Shown here: positions 23,662 to 32,442 of the stretch, in pieces
Numbering within the stretch: the stretch's first letter is position 1
Layout: each line of letters starts with the position of its first letter
Origin: a virus
Taxonomy: Duplodnaviria > Caudoviricetes
IMG/VR virus record: IMGVR_UViG_3300003375_000077
Coordinates: 1 to 34,807 of that record
Length of the DNA: 34,807 nucleotides
Strand: one strand, 5' to 3'
Program-made: the position numbers and the translations under genes
Notes under the pieces: generated by a model
What the model was told of the DNA's origin: nothing
Databases searched by the model: none
Seen by the model: the letters and a program-made list of their open reading frames with translations, nothing else

Positions 23662-26283
23662 ATGGATACTCAAGATTCAACTTTACCTGAAGGATTTGTT
23701 TTAAACAGCCCACAGGCTCCACAGCCAGCTCAACCTCAACCACAAGGCGAACAAGGAACTTCAACTTTACCTGAAGGGTTTCAGCTTAATGAGCCGACAG
23801 ATTATGAATCACCAGGCCAGCAACTTTTAACTGTTGGCGAAGGATTAGCTCAAGGTTTCGCAGGACCTCTTGCGACTGCTGCAGAGGCTGGGTTAACAAA
23901 GTTAGGAGTTCCTGGACTGTCTCCGATACAGCAAGAAGCAAGAGCGCAAGCTAATACCGGTGAACATATCGGATCTAATTTAATAGGATTTGGAGCAGGA
24001 GCTTTAACAGGAACAGGAGAAGCTGCAGTTCTTGAGAGTCTTGGAAAAGGAGCCGCTGAGTTAGCAAGTCTAGCAAACCCTGTAAGCAAAATAGCAAAAA
24101 TTGCATCTACAGGAGTTAAAGCAACTACGGAAATGTCTGCCATCCAAGCCGGTGATGAGATTTCTAAATTCATTAATCAAGATCCAAATCAAACTTTGGG
24201 ATTGTCTGCCATTAACATCGGGCTATCTGGAATACTTGGAGGAGTTGGAGGAGTTGCTTTAGGGACAGTAGGGTCAGCATTTAAAACTTCATTAGACAAG
24301 ATTGGGATTTCAAGATTAGCAACCGATCTCATGGGTGAAACTGAATTTTTAAAAGGATATTCAAACCCAGTAGAACAAGTACAAAAAGAAATAAATGATA
24401 GATTAGAACACACTGATCAATTAATGTTTGGTGGGCTTAAAAAAGAACTTATTGAAGAACTTTCATCAAATATAAATCCAGAACAATTACAAAATCACAT
24501 TAATGAAGTTGAAAACTTAACAGAAAAAGCACCAAAAGCATTAAAAGAAGAAAAAATATTTCAAAATGCTGTTGATGAATGGAAAAATAAAGTTTATCAA
24601 CAATCAAAACCGGAACCTTTAAAATTACCTGAAACTGTAACTCCTGATTATTCAGAAATTCCTGAAACAGTTTTAAAGGCTCCAAAACCTACAGAGGCCA
24701 GAATTGCTCAAATGGCAGCAGCTGGAAAAGCTGCAGAAAATCAAAATTTAGAAAAGCTTAATGAGCTTGGTATTAATCCTTACGTTTCTCAATCTCCAAC
24801 GCAAATACCTTCAGAACCTTCATCTGTTTTTAGTGCTACCGAAAATTTAAAAAGACAATTACAAGAATGGGCTAATTACAATAAAGAATTAGTTCCTATT
24901 GCTGAAAGGCCATTTAGAGATGCGTCTGCTTCTCTTGCTACTCATTTAAAAGAATCTTTAGAAAATAATAAAATATGGGGTGAAGTTGGTAATGTTCAAA
25001 AAGAATACAATAAGGCGGTATCACCTCTTTTTAATATTAAAAAAGAATTCTTAGGAAAATTTACATCAAAAGAACTTGGTGAAAAAGTAGCTGATCCAAG
25101 CAAAATTACTACTTATTTAAATCAAGCTGAAAATTCTGTAAAAGGAAAGGTTGGACTTAAAAACAATTACATAAATAATTTCTTAAAACAAACACAAAAT
25201 GTTGCGGACGTTGTAAGTGAAGCTTATGTTAGAAATGGACTTGAAGCTCCATTTGAAATTCATCTCAATCCGACTCCTGTATTAGAACATATGCTAAATA
25301 CTCCAGTAACTCCTGGTAGGTCACTTGCGCAATGGATTCATAGAAAAGGCGCGCAGGCATTAGGTGGAGCAATTGGAGAAGCTGGAGCGGCTGGAGTTGG
25401 TGGAATTGCTGGATCGATGGTAGGTCATCCATTACTTGGTGGATGGGCCGCTGAAAAGATCCTAGGACCATTATTTACTCAACTTGCAAAGCCTTTTGCT
25501 GAGACCGCCGTTAACAGCGAGGCCATGAAATCTACTTTCGAAATGGGTGCGAACGCTCTTAAAGGACAAGAGCGAATGAATAATTCGATTGAGAATTTTT
25601 TTAGGAGCATGGAAGTTATACCTAAAAATATGATGCCTAATGAAGAAAGTAGAGAAAAACTTAAGAAGTCTCTTGCATATATTGATAATCCTCAAAACAT
25701 GATGAATGTTGGGGGTAACATTGGTCATTACATGCCAAGTCATCAAGTTGCAGCGTCTCAAATTGCTGCTACTGCTAAGAATTATTTTGATTCATTAAAA
25801 CCCAAAACAGTTGCAGTGAATCCATTCGATAAAGAACCACCTGCAGACAAAGCTCAAACCGCTGCATACAATAGGCAACTAGATATCGCTCAGCAACCTT
25901 TATTGATCATCAAGCACGCAAAAGAAGGAACGCTCATACCTCAAGACGTTGCTACACTTCATACCATTTCCCCTTCTCTTCATGCTGCAATGATTCAAAA
26001 GTTTAATGATGAGATCATTAATCAAAAAAGCGAAGGGAAAACTATTCCGTATAATCAAAGAGTAGCTCTCTCTTTGTTAATGGGAAGCACTCCTCTTGAT
26101 AGCTCAATGACTCCACAGAATATGCAAGCTATTATGAGAAGCTCAATATCTCAGCAAGTCCAACAACAAAATCAACAAGGAAAACAGAGATCCGCTACAG
26201 GTAACGCTTTGAAACAAATTAATAAGGTAAATGATCTTTATCCTACAGGATTAGAGGCAAGACTCATGAAGAAACGAGCATGA
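23662..26283 (+). CDS. Large ejection (internal virion) protein 3
   Basis: 873 aa; duplicated LPEGF N-terminal motif, G/A-rich membrane-like segments, helical body; third gene of the ejection trio. Confidence 0.72.
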   Translation: MDTQDSTLPEGFVLNSPQAPQPAQPQPQGEQGTSTLPEGFQLNEPTDYESPGQQLLTVGEGLAQGFAGPLATAAEAGLTKLGVPGLSPIQQEARAQANTGEHIGSNLIGFGAGALTGTGEAAVLESLGKGAAELASLANPVSKIAKIASTGVKATTEMSAIQAGDEISKFINQDPNQTLGLSAINIGLSGILGGVGGVALGTVGSAFKTSLDKIGISRLATDLMGETEFLKGYSNPVEQVQKEINDRLEHTDQLMFGGLKKELIEELSSNINPEQLQNHINEVENLTEKAPKALKEEKIFQNAVDEWKNKVYQQSKPEPLKLPETVTPDYSEIPETVLKAPKPTEARIAQMAAAGKAAENQNLEKLNELGINPYVSQSPTQIPSEPSSVFSATENLKRQLQEWANYNKELVPIAERPFRDASASLATHLKESLENNKIWGEVGNVQKEYNKAVSPLFNIKKEFLGKFTSKELGEKVADPSKITTYLNQAENSVKGKVGLKNNYINNFLKQTQNVADVVSEAYVRNGLEAPFEIHLNPTPVLEHMLNTPVTPGRSLAQWIHRKGAQALGGAIGEAGAAGVGGIAGSMVGHPLLGGWAAEKILGPLFTQLAKPFAETAVNSEAMKSTFEMGANALKGQERMNNSIENFFRSMEVIPKNMMPNEESREKLKKSLAYIDNPQNMMNVGGNIGHYMPSHQVAASQIAATAKNYFDSLKPKTVAVNPFDKEPPADKAQTAAYNRQLDIAQQPLLIIKHAKEGTLIPQDVATLHTISPSLHAAMIQKFNDEIINQKSEGKTIPYNQRVALSLLMGSTPLDSSMTPQNMQAIMRSSISQQVQQQNQQGKQRSATGNALKQINKVNDLYPTGLEARLMKKRA

Positions 26284-26284
26284 G

Positions 26285-26305
26285 TGGCCACCTGTTCATT
26301 ATTGA
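26285..26305 (+). promoter_or_regulatory. Putative late promoter motif copy 4 (TGGCCA-CCTGT-TCAT-TATTGA)
   Basis: 1 nt after the stop of ejection protein 3, upstream of the fibre module. Confidence 0.7.
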
Positions 26306-26353
26306 AACCGAGGAGCTTAGCACTCCGAAACCTTTTTTAGGAAGGAATGAATT

Positions 26354-26782
26354 ATGTCCGGAAAAAATCAGTACCCATTTTCTATAAACTGGCAGTCTAC
26401 ATCGCCGGTTACAACATTTTTACCCAATAACCCATCTCAAAATAGTGGCGGATCTGCTCCAAGTGGATTGATCAACGGTTCAATGTCTGGGACAAATACT
26501 ATTTACAGTCAAATTCTAGAAGTCGCTAAGATGGATAATTCAGGCCTTGAAGTAACTTGGACGGGAACTCCGACAGGAACTCTTCAACTAATGGTTTCGA
26601 ATTCTGGAGTTAATTTTTATGCTCTAACGTTCTCCCCACCTATTGCTCAACCCTCTGGTTCTTCAGGTGGATATGTAATCTCTATTAACCAAATACCTTT
26701 TAAATATATGATGTTTCAGTACATTAATTCTAGCGGTACTGGTACTCTAACTATTTACGGACAAAATAAGGACTTAAACTAA
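26354..26782 (+). CDS. Beta-sandwich structural protein
   Basis: 142 aa; TWTGTPTGTLQLMVSNSGVNF…FKYMMFQY…GTGTL jelly-roll-like pattern; AAGGA RBS. Confidence 0.7.
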   Translation: MSGKNQYPFSINWQSTSPVTTFLPNNPSQNSGGSAPSGLINGSMSGTNTIYSQILEVAKMDNSGLEVTWTGTPTGTLQLMVSNSGVNFYALTFSPPIAQPSGSSGGYVISINQIPFKYMMFQYINSSGTGTLTIYGQNKDLN

Positions 26783-27417
26783 TGAGTAGCTATAGCTGGC
26801 CTAGCAGTGGTCAACCTTCAAACATCGGAAGTAACGGATTACCAATTCCTACGTATTCGGGTCTAATTGGTGCAGAAAATCCAAGTTTAAACCTTGTACC
26901 TTTACAGGTAGATGCTTCCGGAAATCTTTTAGTAAACGTTGCAGCTGGTACTATTACAGCTCTCAATCCATCGGTATCTTTGATAGGGAATGCGGTTCCA
27001 ACTTATGGAACGTTTATTTCTGCAAAAAATGGTTCTGGAAATCTTTCACCTATTTTGACCGGGTCTCAATTAAGTGCGGTCTCTCTTGCTGTTGTTATCG
27101 CATCAGATCAAACCGTTCCAGTATCTTTCACAAGTCCAGTAAATAAGCCAAACCCTACAGGGAGCTTTTCGGCTGGATCTATCAGCTCAGTTACTACGAT
27201 TACAGTTCCTACGAATGCTGTTGGATTCTTACTCGAAGTAGACTCCGCGAATACAGACTTTATGAGATGGTGCGCAGGAGCAACTGCCTCAGCAAGTAAT
27301 GGGATGAAATTGGAACCAGGAAGGGACACGGGATATATTCCGCTTGCTGCCAACATTTCAATATGTCCTAATAGTGGTACACAAGCTTACACAATTCAAT
27401 GGGTGATCAACCAATGA
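26782..27417 (+). CDS. Structural protein (short fibre-like)
   Basis: 211 aa; PLQVDASGNLLV and SLAVVIASDQT motifs common in phage fibre-like proteins. Confidence 0.65.
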   Translation: MSSYSWPSSGQPSNIGSNGLPIPTYSGLIGAENPSLNLVPLQVDASGNLLVNVAAGTITALNPSVSLIGNAVPTYGTFISAKNGSGNLSPILTGSQLSAVSLAVVIASDQTVPVSFTSPVNKPNPTGSFSAGSISSVTTITVPTNAVGFLLEVDSANTDFMRWCAGATASASNGMKLEPGRDTGYIPLAANISICPNSGTQAYTIQWVINQ

Positions 27418-30400
27418 GATATCTAATACCATTCGTAACCTTTTTGTTGATGATTTTAACTCCTGATACTTTAGCAGGATTACCACCAACTACTTCAAAG
27501 TTATCGAGTGATTCAAACAATGTAACGACTTTTAATTATCAGTTCCCAAACTTCACAGGAACTCATTCTGGAGTTACCGTTTCATTGGGAGTAAACTCAG
27601 TAGCCGGTGGTGGTACTGGATCTAGCAGTTTCAGCGCACCAAGCGGTACTATCAATCCAATCATTTATTACAACGGAACAAGTTTAACGAATGATTCGAC
27701 GATAACCGATCTCGGTTATGATGCTACGAACGACATTTTTTATTCTGCAAAAATAATAATTGCAGGATCATCTACACAAACTGCAAAATTTACGAATACG
27801 GGTGCACAAAGCTCAACAGCCGGTGCAGGTATGCAAGGATTTGCAGATCCTGGAGCTGCTATTACTTCTGGTTCTAGACTTGGATTCTACACTCTTGGTG
27901 GAGCACAAGATAGCTCTCACACTACTACGAACTCGGTAGCAATTTCAGCTTTTGCATCCCAAAACTGGTCTAGCGGAAACACGGGAGCGGATCTACGTTT
28001 TGAAGTTACTCCTAATAACAGCTCAACACGAGCCGCTGCAATGACTCTTTCTAATGCTGGATATCTTGGTCTTGGGACTACTGCACCAACTACGACTCTT
28101 ACTCTTGCTTCCGGTTCAACGATTACAAATTTCAATACATCAGATCAAACGACTAACTATCAAAGACTACGTCAATATTGGAGCGGTAACGCATACATTA
28201 TAGCAACTGAAAATGGAGGTACCGCAAACTTGGGTTATCTTCAATTAGGGGCGGCAAGTATTGCAAATTCTACAATTGCTAGAACGTTTACAATTTATAA
28301 CTCAATCTCAACTGTAGCCGGTGCAGGTATTTTTGATTTTTCAGCCAATACTTCTGCAGCTGCATCACAATTAACTTTCAATCTTGGAAGTGCTGCTTCC
28401 AGCGGGATTCAGAATTCATTATCTATTCAAGGAACAGTTAACCAAAGCTCAACGGCTGGGTTTAATGCTTTAATCATTCAGCCATATGTTCAAGCTCAAG
28501 GAAGTGGTGGAACTTATTTAATTAATGCAGGTACTAATACTTCAAGTGGTGCAGGTGGTACATTTAATAGTAAATTTAGTGTTGATATAAATGGAAATCC
28601 TAGCGTTTATTACACAGCATCTCAGCAAGGACTTTCTATTTACGGTACAAGTGATAATACAAACTATCAAAGATTGAACATTTTTTCAAATGGTTCAAAT
28701 ATGTATATTAGTTCTACTTATGCAGGAACTCAAACAAATCCACAAAACATAGTTATTGGAGCTGCAACATCTACAGGTCTTACTCCTGGTAGATTATTTA
28801 CAATAGCTGCTAGCGGTTCTACCTCTCAGGGTTTCTATGATTTTAGTAACAGTTCAACAAGTGGAAATGGAGCGACTTTAACAATACAAGGTAGTCATAC
28901 TTCAAGTTCTTCTCTTCAAACTTCCGTTGGAATTTTTCCAACAATAAATCAAAGTGGTACAGCTAGTACAAATATTTTATATTTATCACCTTATTTTCAA
29001 GCTACTGGTTCAGGTTCTCAGTTTATTTTAAATGTTGGCAGTAACTCAGCTGCTCAAAACGGTGGAACGCATACGCCTTATTTTACAGTTAATAATGGTG
29101 GTCAAGCTTACATTTCTAATAGACTTGGAATAGGAAGCACAGGAATTACATCAGAATTACAAGTATCAGGATCTAATTCTACTTCAGCACTTTTTAATAC
29201 AACTTTAGGATTAGGATTTGCAATTTCAGCGGGAACTTTAACAAGTACAGGATCTAGTGGAACGATTGCATTAATGGGTGCTAATACTATTGGTATTCCG
29301 ACACTTGCTTCAGGAAGTACTACAACATTAACTAAAGCCGCAACCCTTTATATTGATGGGGCTCCAACGGTTGGGACAAATGTATCTATTGGTAGTGCAT
29401 ATTCTTTATATATCAATAGTGGTAATACATATACAGGAGGTACTATTTATAGTACTTCTAGAATCCAATCAAATTATACAAGTAATTTTGTTTCATTGCT
29501 AGGTATTGGAAATCCTGCATATTCAGTATCTGCTAACTATGGAACGCTTGGTTTTGGATTAGGTATTCAATCTAAGACAATAACTTCTACAATATCAAGT
29601 GGTACTATTGCTATTGGAGCTTCAAACTCAATAGCCGGTGATACAATGTCTGCTTCAAGCTCTACAACTCTGACAAGCGCTGCAACTCTGTATATTGATG
29701 CAGCACCAATAGGTGGAACTAACGTTTCTATAGGAACTGCCTACGCTTTGTATGTAAATGCAGGTCAAACTTACTTAGGAGGAGCTTTAAGTTTAGGAAC
29801 TTCTTTAAGTCCTGCTTATGGTGGAACTGGTTTGGCAAGTCCTACTACTGGTAACCTGCTTTTAACTGCAGGAAGTTCAAACATGACCTTACTTGCTCCT
29901 GGAAATGCCGGCTATGTCGTAACAGATACTGGAACGACTTTTGCAGTTCAAAATAATCCAGCGGCTCCCGTTCAGTCTTATGAGCTTTACAATACTTCTA
30001 TTGCTTCTTCTGTTTCTTCAAATGCATTAACCGTTAACCTGAATCAATCTAATGGTTCGACAGCAACGAGTGGAAGTCCTTCTATAATTGCATTTAGAAA
30101 CTCTACTGCAGGAACAGGAACGGTCACGACTGTGCAAGTAACTGGATCTTTATCTTTAACAATTCCATCAAGCACAACAATCGGAACTGTAAGCGGTGTA
30201 TCTTCAAACATATATGTTTACGCAGTAAATAATGCGGGAACCGTAGTTTTAGGTGTAAGTTTAAAACCTGATTTTGATGAGGGAGCGCTTCAAAATACGT
30301 CAGCAATATCTGGAGGTACTTCCACGACAACACTATACACTAGTTCTGCTTTATCTGGAGTTGCAGTAAGACTAATCGGTAAGCTTGTTGTGTCAGAAAC

Positions 30401-30818
30401 TACAGCCGGTACATGGGCATCTAATGCTTCTGTTGTTTCAAACTTTCCATTTTCTAATGGAAATATCACTTCGTTATCTCAATATCCGATGCGCATTGAA
30501 AGTGTTACATTCGGTGGAAGTTCTGTAGATAATATAACTTCTTATTGTTCTTCAACTCCATGTACTATCTGGCACCAAACTGGATCTATCTCGTCAATAA
30601 CCCGAGTAGGTACAGGTGAATATTCTGTTTCATTTGTTTCAGGAACTTTTTCTGCAGCTCCAATGTGTACGATGACCGCATGGAATGGACAAGGATTAGC
30701 TGTAGCTCAAGTAGATACTTCTATGCCAACGAGTTCTACAGTTACAATTCAAGTTTATAATACTGGATCGACAAAAGAAGACTCGATCTTAACTTTAAAT
30801 TGCGAAGGGCCAAGGTGA
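27414..30818 (+). CDS. Long mosaic fibre/adhesin protein with signal-peptide-like N-terminus
   Basis: ATG 27414 (ATGA overlap); S/T/G-rich; GYLGLGTTAP and RLGIGST trimeric-fibre motifs; internal duplications; Cys-containing C-terminal beta domain (TRVGTGEYSVSF…FSAAPMC). Confidence 0.8.
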   Translation: MRYLIPFVTFLLMILTPDTLAGLPPTTSKLSSDSNNVTTFNYQFPNFTGTHSGVTVSLGVNSVAGGGTGSSSFSAPSGTINPIIYYNGTSLTNDSTITDLGYDATNDIFYSAKIIIAGSSTQTAKFTNTGAQSSTAGAGMQGFADPGAAITSGSRLGFYTLGGAQDSSHTTTNSVAISAFASQNWSSGNTGADLRFEVTPNNSSTRAAAMTLSNAGYLGLGTTAPTTTLTLASGSTITNFNTSDQTTNYQRLRQYWSGNAYIIATENGGTANLGYLQLGAASIANSTIARTFTIYNSISTVAGAGIFDFSANTSAAASQLTFNLGSAASSGIQNSLSIQGTVNQSSTAGFNALIIQPYVQAQGSGGTYLINAGTNTSSGAGGTFNSKFSVDINGNPSVYYTASQQGLSIYGTSDNTNYQRLNIFSNGSNMYISSTYAGTQTNPQNIVIGAATSTGLTPGRLFTIAASGSTSQGFYDFSNSSTSGNGATLTIQGSHTSSSSLQTSVGIFPTINQSGTASTNILYLSPYFQATGSGSQFILNVGSNSAAQNGGTHTPYFTVNNGGQAYISNRLGIGSTGITSELQVSGSNSTSALFNTTLGLGFAISAGTLTSTGSSGTIALMGANTIGIPTLASGSTTTLTKAATLYIDGAPTVGTNVSIGSAYSLYINSGNTYTGGTIYSTSRIQSNYTSNFVSLLGIGNPAYSVSANYGTLGFGLGIQSKTITSTISSGTIAIGASNSIAGDTMSASSSTTLTSAATLYIDAAPIGGTNVSIGTAYALYVNAGQTYLGGALSLGTSLSPAYGGTGLASPTTGNLLLTAGSSNMTLLAPGNAGYVVTDTGTTFAVQNNPAAPVQSYELYNTSIASSVSSNALTVNLNQSNGSTATSGSPSIIAFRNSTAGTGTVTTVQVTGSLSLTIPSSTTIGTVSGVSSNIYVYAVNNAGTVVLGVSLKPDFDEGALQNTSAISGGTSTTTLYTSSALSGVAVRLIGKLVVSETTAGTWASNASVVSNFPFSNGNITSLSQYPMRIESVTFGGSSVDNITSYCSSTPCTIWHQTGSISSITRVGTGEYSVSFVSGTFSAAPMCTMTAWNGQGLAVAQVDTSMPTSSTVTIQVYNTGSTKEDSILTLNCEGPR

Positions 30819-30822
30819 TTTC

Positions 30823-31122
30823 ATGTTGATGTATGATTGTACTATGCCAGACGGTTCCGTTATCTCGATTAATCAAAACGTTATTGATCAAGTATTTTTA
30901 GCAAACGGACTTGCTAATGGTTCTATTGTTTCAAGACCTGCTACTTATTCAGAACAGCTCGCGGAATGTTATCGTCAAAGATTGCTTGGTTATCCTTCGG
31001 TTGATACTCAACTAGATGCGGCATTTCATGCGAGAAATGGAAGTACTACTCAGCAAGTTGCAGTTGATGCACAGATAGCCGCAGTTAAAGCGCAATATCC
31101 GAAACCAGTACAAACGAGTTGA
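30823..31122 (+). CDS. Fibre-associated small protein (possible assembly chaperone)
   Basis: R…YPSVDTQLDAAFH…AVKAQYPKP motif typical of small proteins that follow fibre genes. Confidence 0.65.
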   Translation: MLMYDCTMPDGSVISINQNVIDQVFLANGLANGSIVSRPATYSEQLAECYRQRLLGYPSVDTQLDAAFHARNGSTTQQVAVDAQIAAVKAQYPKPVQTS

Positions 31123-31123
31123 T

Positions 31124-31309
31124 ATGGAAAACGATAGATTACTTGGTGAATTAACAGAGCATAAGAGACAAGTAGAAAAGAGACTTGATTCAATAGAAAA
31201 TAAGATCGATTCTTTATTGGCTTTTAAGTGGAGAATTTTAGGGTTTGCAACTTTTGCAGCTTTTGCTGCAACAATTTTAGTCGAAATAGCGAAAGCAAGG
31301 AGCAATTAA
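31124..31309 (+). CDS. Coiled-coil plus single-TM protein (XhlA/holin-like)
   Basis: EKRLDSIENKIDSLL heptads then WRILGFATFAAFAATILVEIA. Confidence 0.6.
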   Translation: MENDRLLGELTEHKRQVEKRLDSIENKIDSLLAFKWRILGFATFAAFAATILVEIAKARSN

Positions 31310-31837
31310 ATGGCACTTCAACCGGCAAGTAATAAACAAATTCCAGATCATTCGATTCTGGATTACTTCAATAAACAAACTTATTTAGGAAACGGTTTTT
31401 CTCTTCCGGTATCTGGGATAGCTATTGCCGGAACAAGTGAGACAACGGTGGCTTTGATTTCAAATCCATCGGTTGCGGGAGCACCTTCAGGAAGCGCAAA
31501 AGCATTATTTTTAAGCTTAAGGCGTGTAAGTTCAACGGCTAATTATCTTCAAATGAAATTTTATATTTCCCCTACAGTTACTTCTAATGGAACGGCAGCA
31601 ACTCCAGTCAATTTAAGACCTGCTAACGCTACTACAAGTGTGAGCGCATGCTACACTGCCCCTACTGTAAGCGCTAAGGGAACTTTGATTGATACTTTAG
31701 AGACACCATCTTCATATTATATTAGCCAAGATGCTTACCGATTGATTATTCTGGACCCAGGTCAATCACTTCTTATGACATGCACTGCAGCGGGTGCTAC
31801 GACTCTTAATTTAAATGTTGGATGGTACGAACTTTAA
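31310..31837 (+). CDS. Beta-rich hypothetical (likely structural) protein
   Basis: 175 aa, AGGAG RBS; IILDPGQSLL…LNVGWYE beta-sandwich end. Confidence 0.7.
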   Translation: MALQPASNKQIPDHSILDYFNKQTYLGNGFSLPVSGIAIAGTSETTVALISNPSVAGAPSGSAKALFLSLRRVSSTANYLQMKFYISPTVTSNGTAATPVNLRPANATTSVSACYTAPTVSAKGTLIDTLETPSSYYISQDAYRLIILDPGQSLLMTCTAAGATTLNLNVGWYEL

Positions 31838-31891
31838 TTATTGACTCAATTTAATAATTATAGAATTCTTTATCCTTAAAAGGAGAACTAA

Positions 31892-32038
31892 ATGGAACTA
31901 TTAGTAGCATGTCAAATGGTTTTCGGTTTGTTACAAAATCAGAAACTAACAGTAGATGAGCATCAGCAAGTCGAAAAAGCTTTCGTAGTTGTGGCCCCTA
32001 AATGTGTAGAAGAATTCAAAAAGAAAAAGGAAAAATAA
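31892..32038 (+). CDS. Small protein, 48 aa, not in ORF track
   Basis: AGGAG RBS; MELLVACQMVFGLLQNQKLTVDEHQQVEKAFVVVAPKCVEEFKKKKEK. Confidence 0.65.
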   Translation: MELLVACQMVFGLLQNQKLTVDEHQQVEKAFVVVAPKCVEEFKKKKEK

Positions 32039-32041
32039 AAT

Positions 32042-32317
32042 ATGTCATTTTCAAAAGTAATCCCATTGGGATCGGTCGGTTCTGTAGAAATCACTGAAGC
32101 AGGCGGAGTTGCAGCTATTGCTATTGTCGCTAATGCTACTGTTGGTGGTGGTGAATTAGCAGGGTTTGCTACTGCATCTAGCAGTACAAAAGTAAGTTTC
32201 AGCGCTAAACAATTATTTGACGCTGGAATGGACTATGCAGCTCACAAGTATCCTGGAGCCGCTTCAATCATCGAAAGTTTAAAAGCATTTGCTGACGCAG
32301 AAATGCCAAAAGCATGA
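32042..32317 (+). CDS. Hypothetical protein
   Basis: 91 aa, AAGGA RBS. Confidence 0.7.
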   Translation: MSFSKVIPLGSVGSVEITEAGGVAAIAIVANATVGGGELAGFATASSSTKVSFSAKQLFDAGMDYAAHKYPGAASIIESLKAFADAEMPKA

Positions 32318-32442
32318 TGAATCATCAAGAGTTTATATTAAAGCTCTTGAATGAGGGCAGGGAGTGGCTTAAAATGCTACTCCCTGTTTTTCTTGCGTGG
32401 CATGTTCAACCACCAAATTACATGAAGAAAGACGAAAAATGA
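32314..32442 (+). CDS. 42-aa mini-ORF, not in ORF track
   Basis: MMNHQEFILKLLNEGREWLKMLLPVFLAWHVQPPNYMKKDEK; ATGA overlaps at both ends. Confidence 0.6.
   Translation: MMNHQEFILKLLNEGREWLKMLLPVFLAWHVQPPNYMKKDEK
32358..32394 (+). terminator. Intrinsic terminator inside the mini-ORF
   Basis: CAGGGAGTGGC-ttaaaat-GCTACTCCCTG 11-bp stem followed by TTTTTCTT. Confidence 0.7.
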
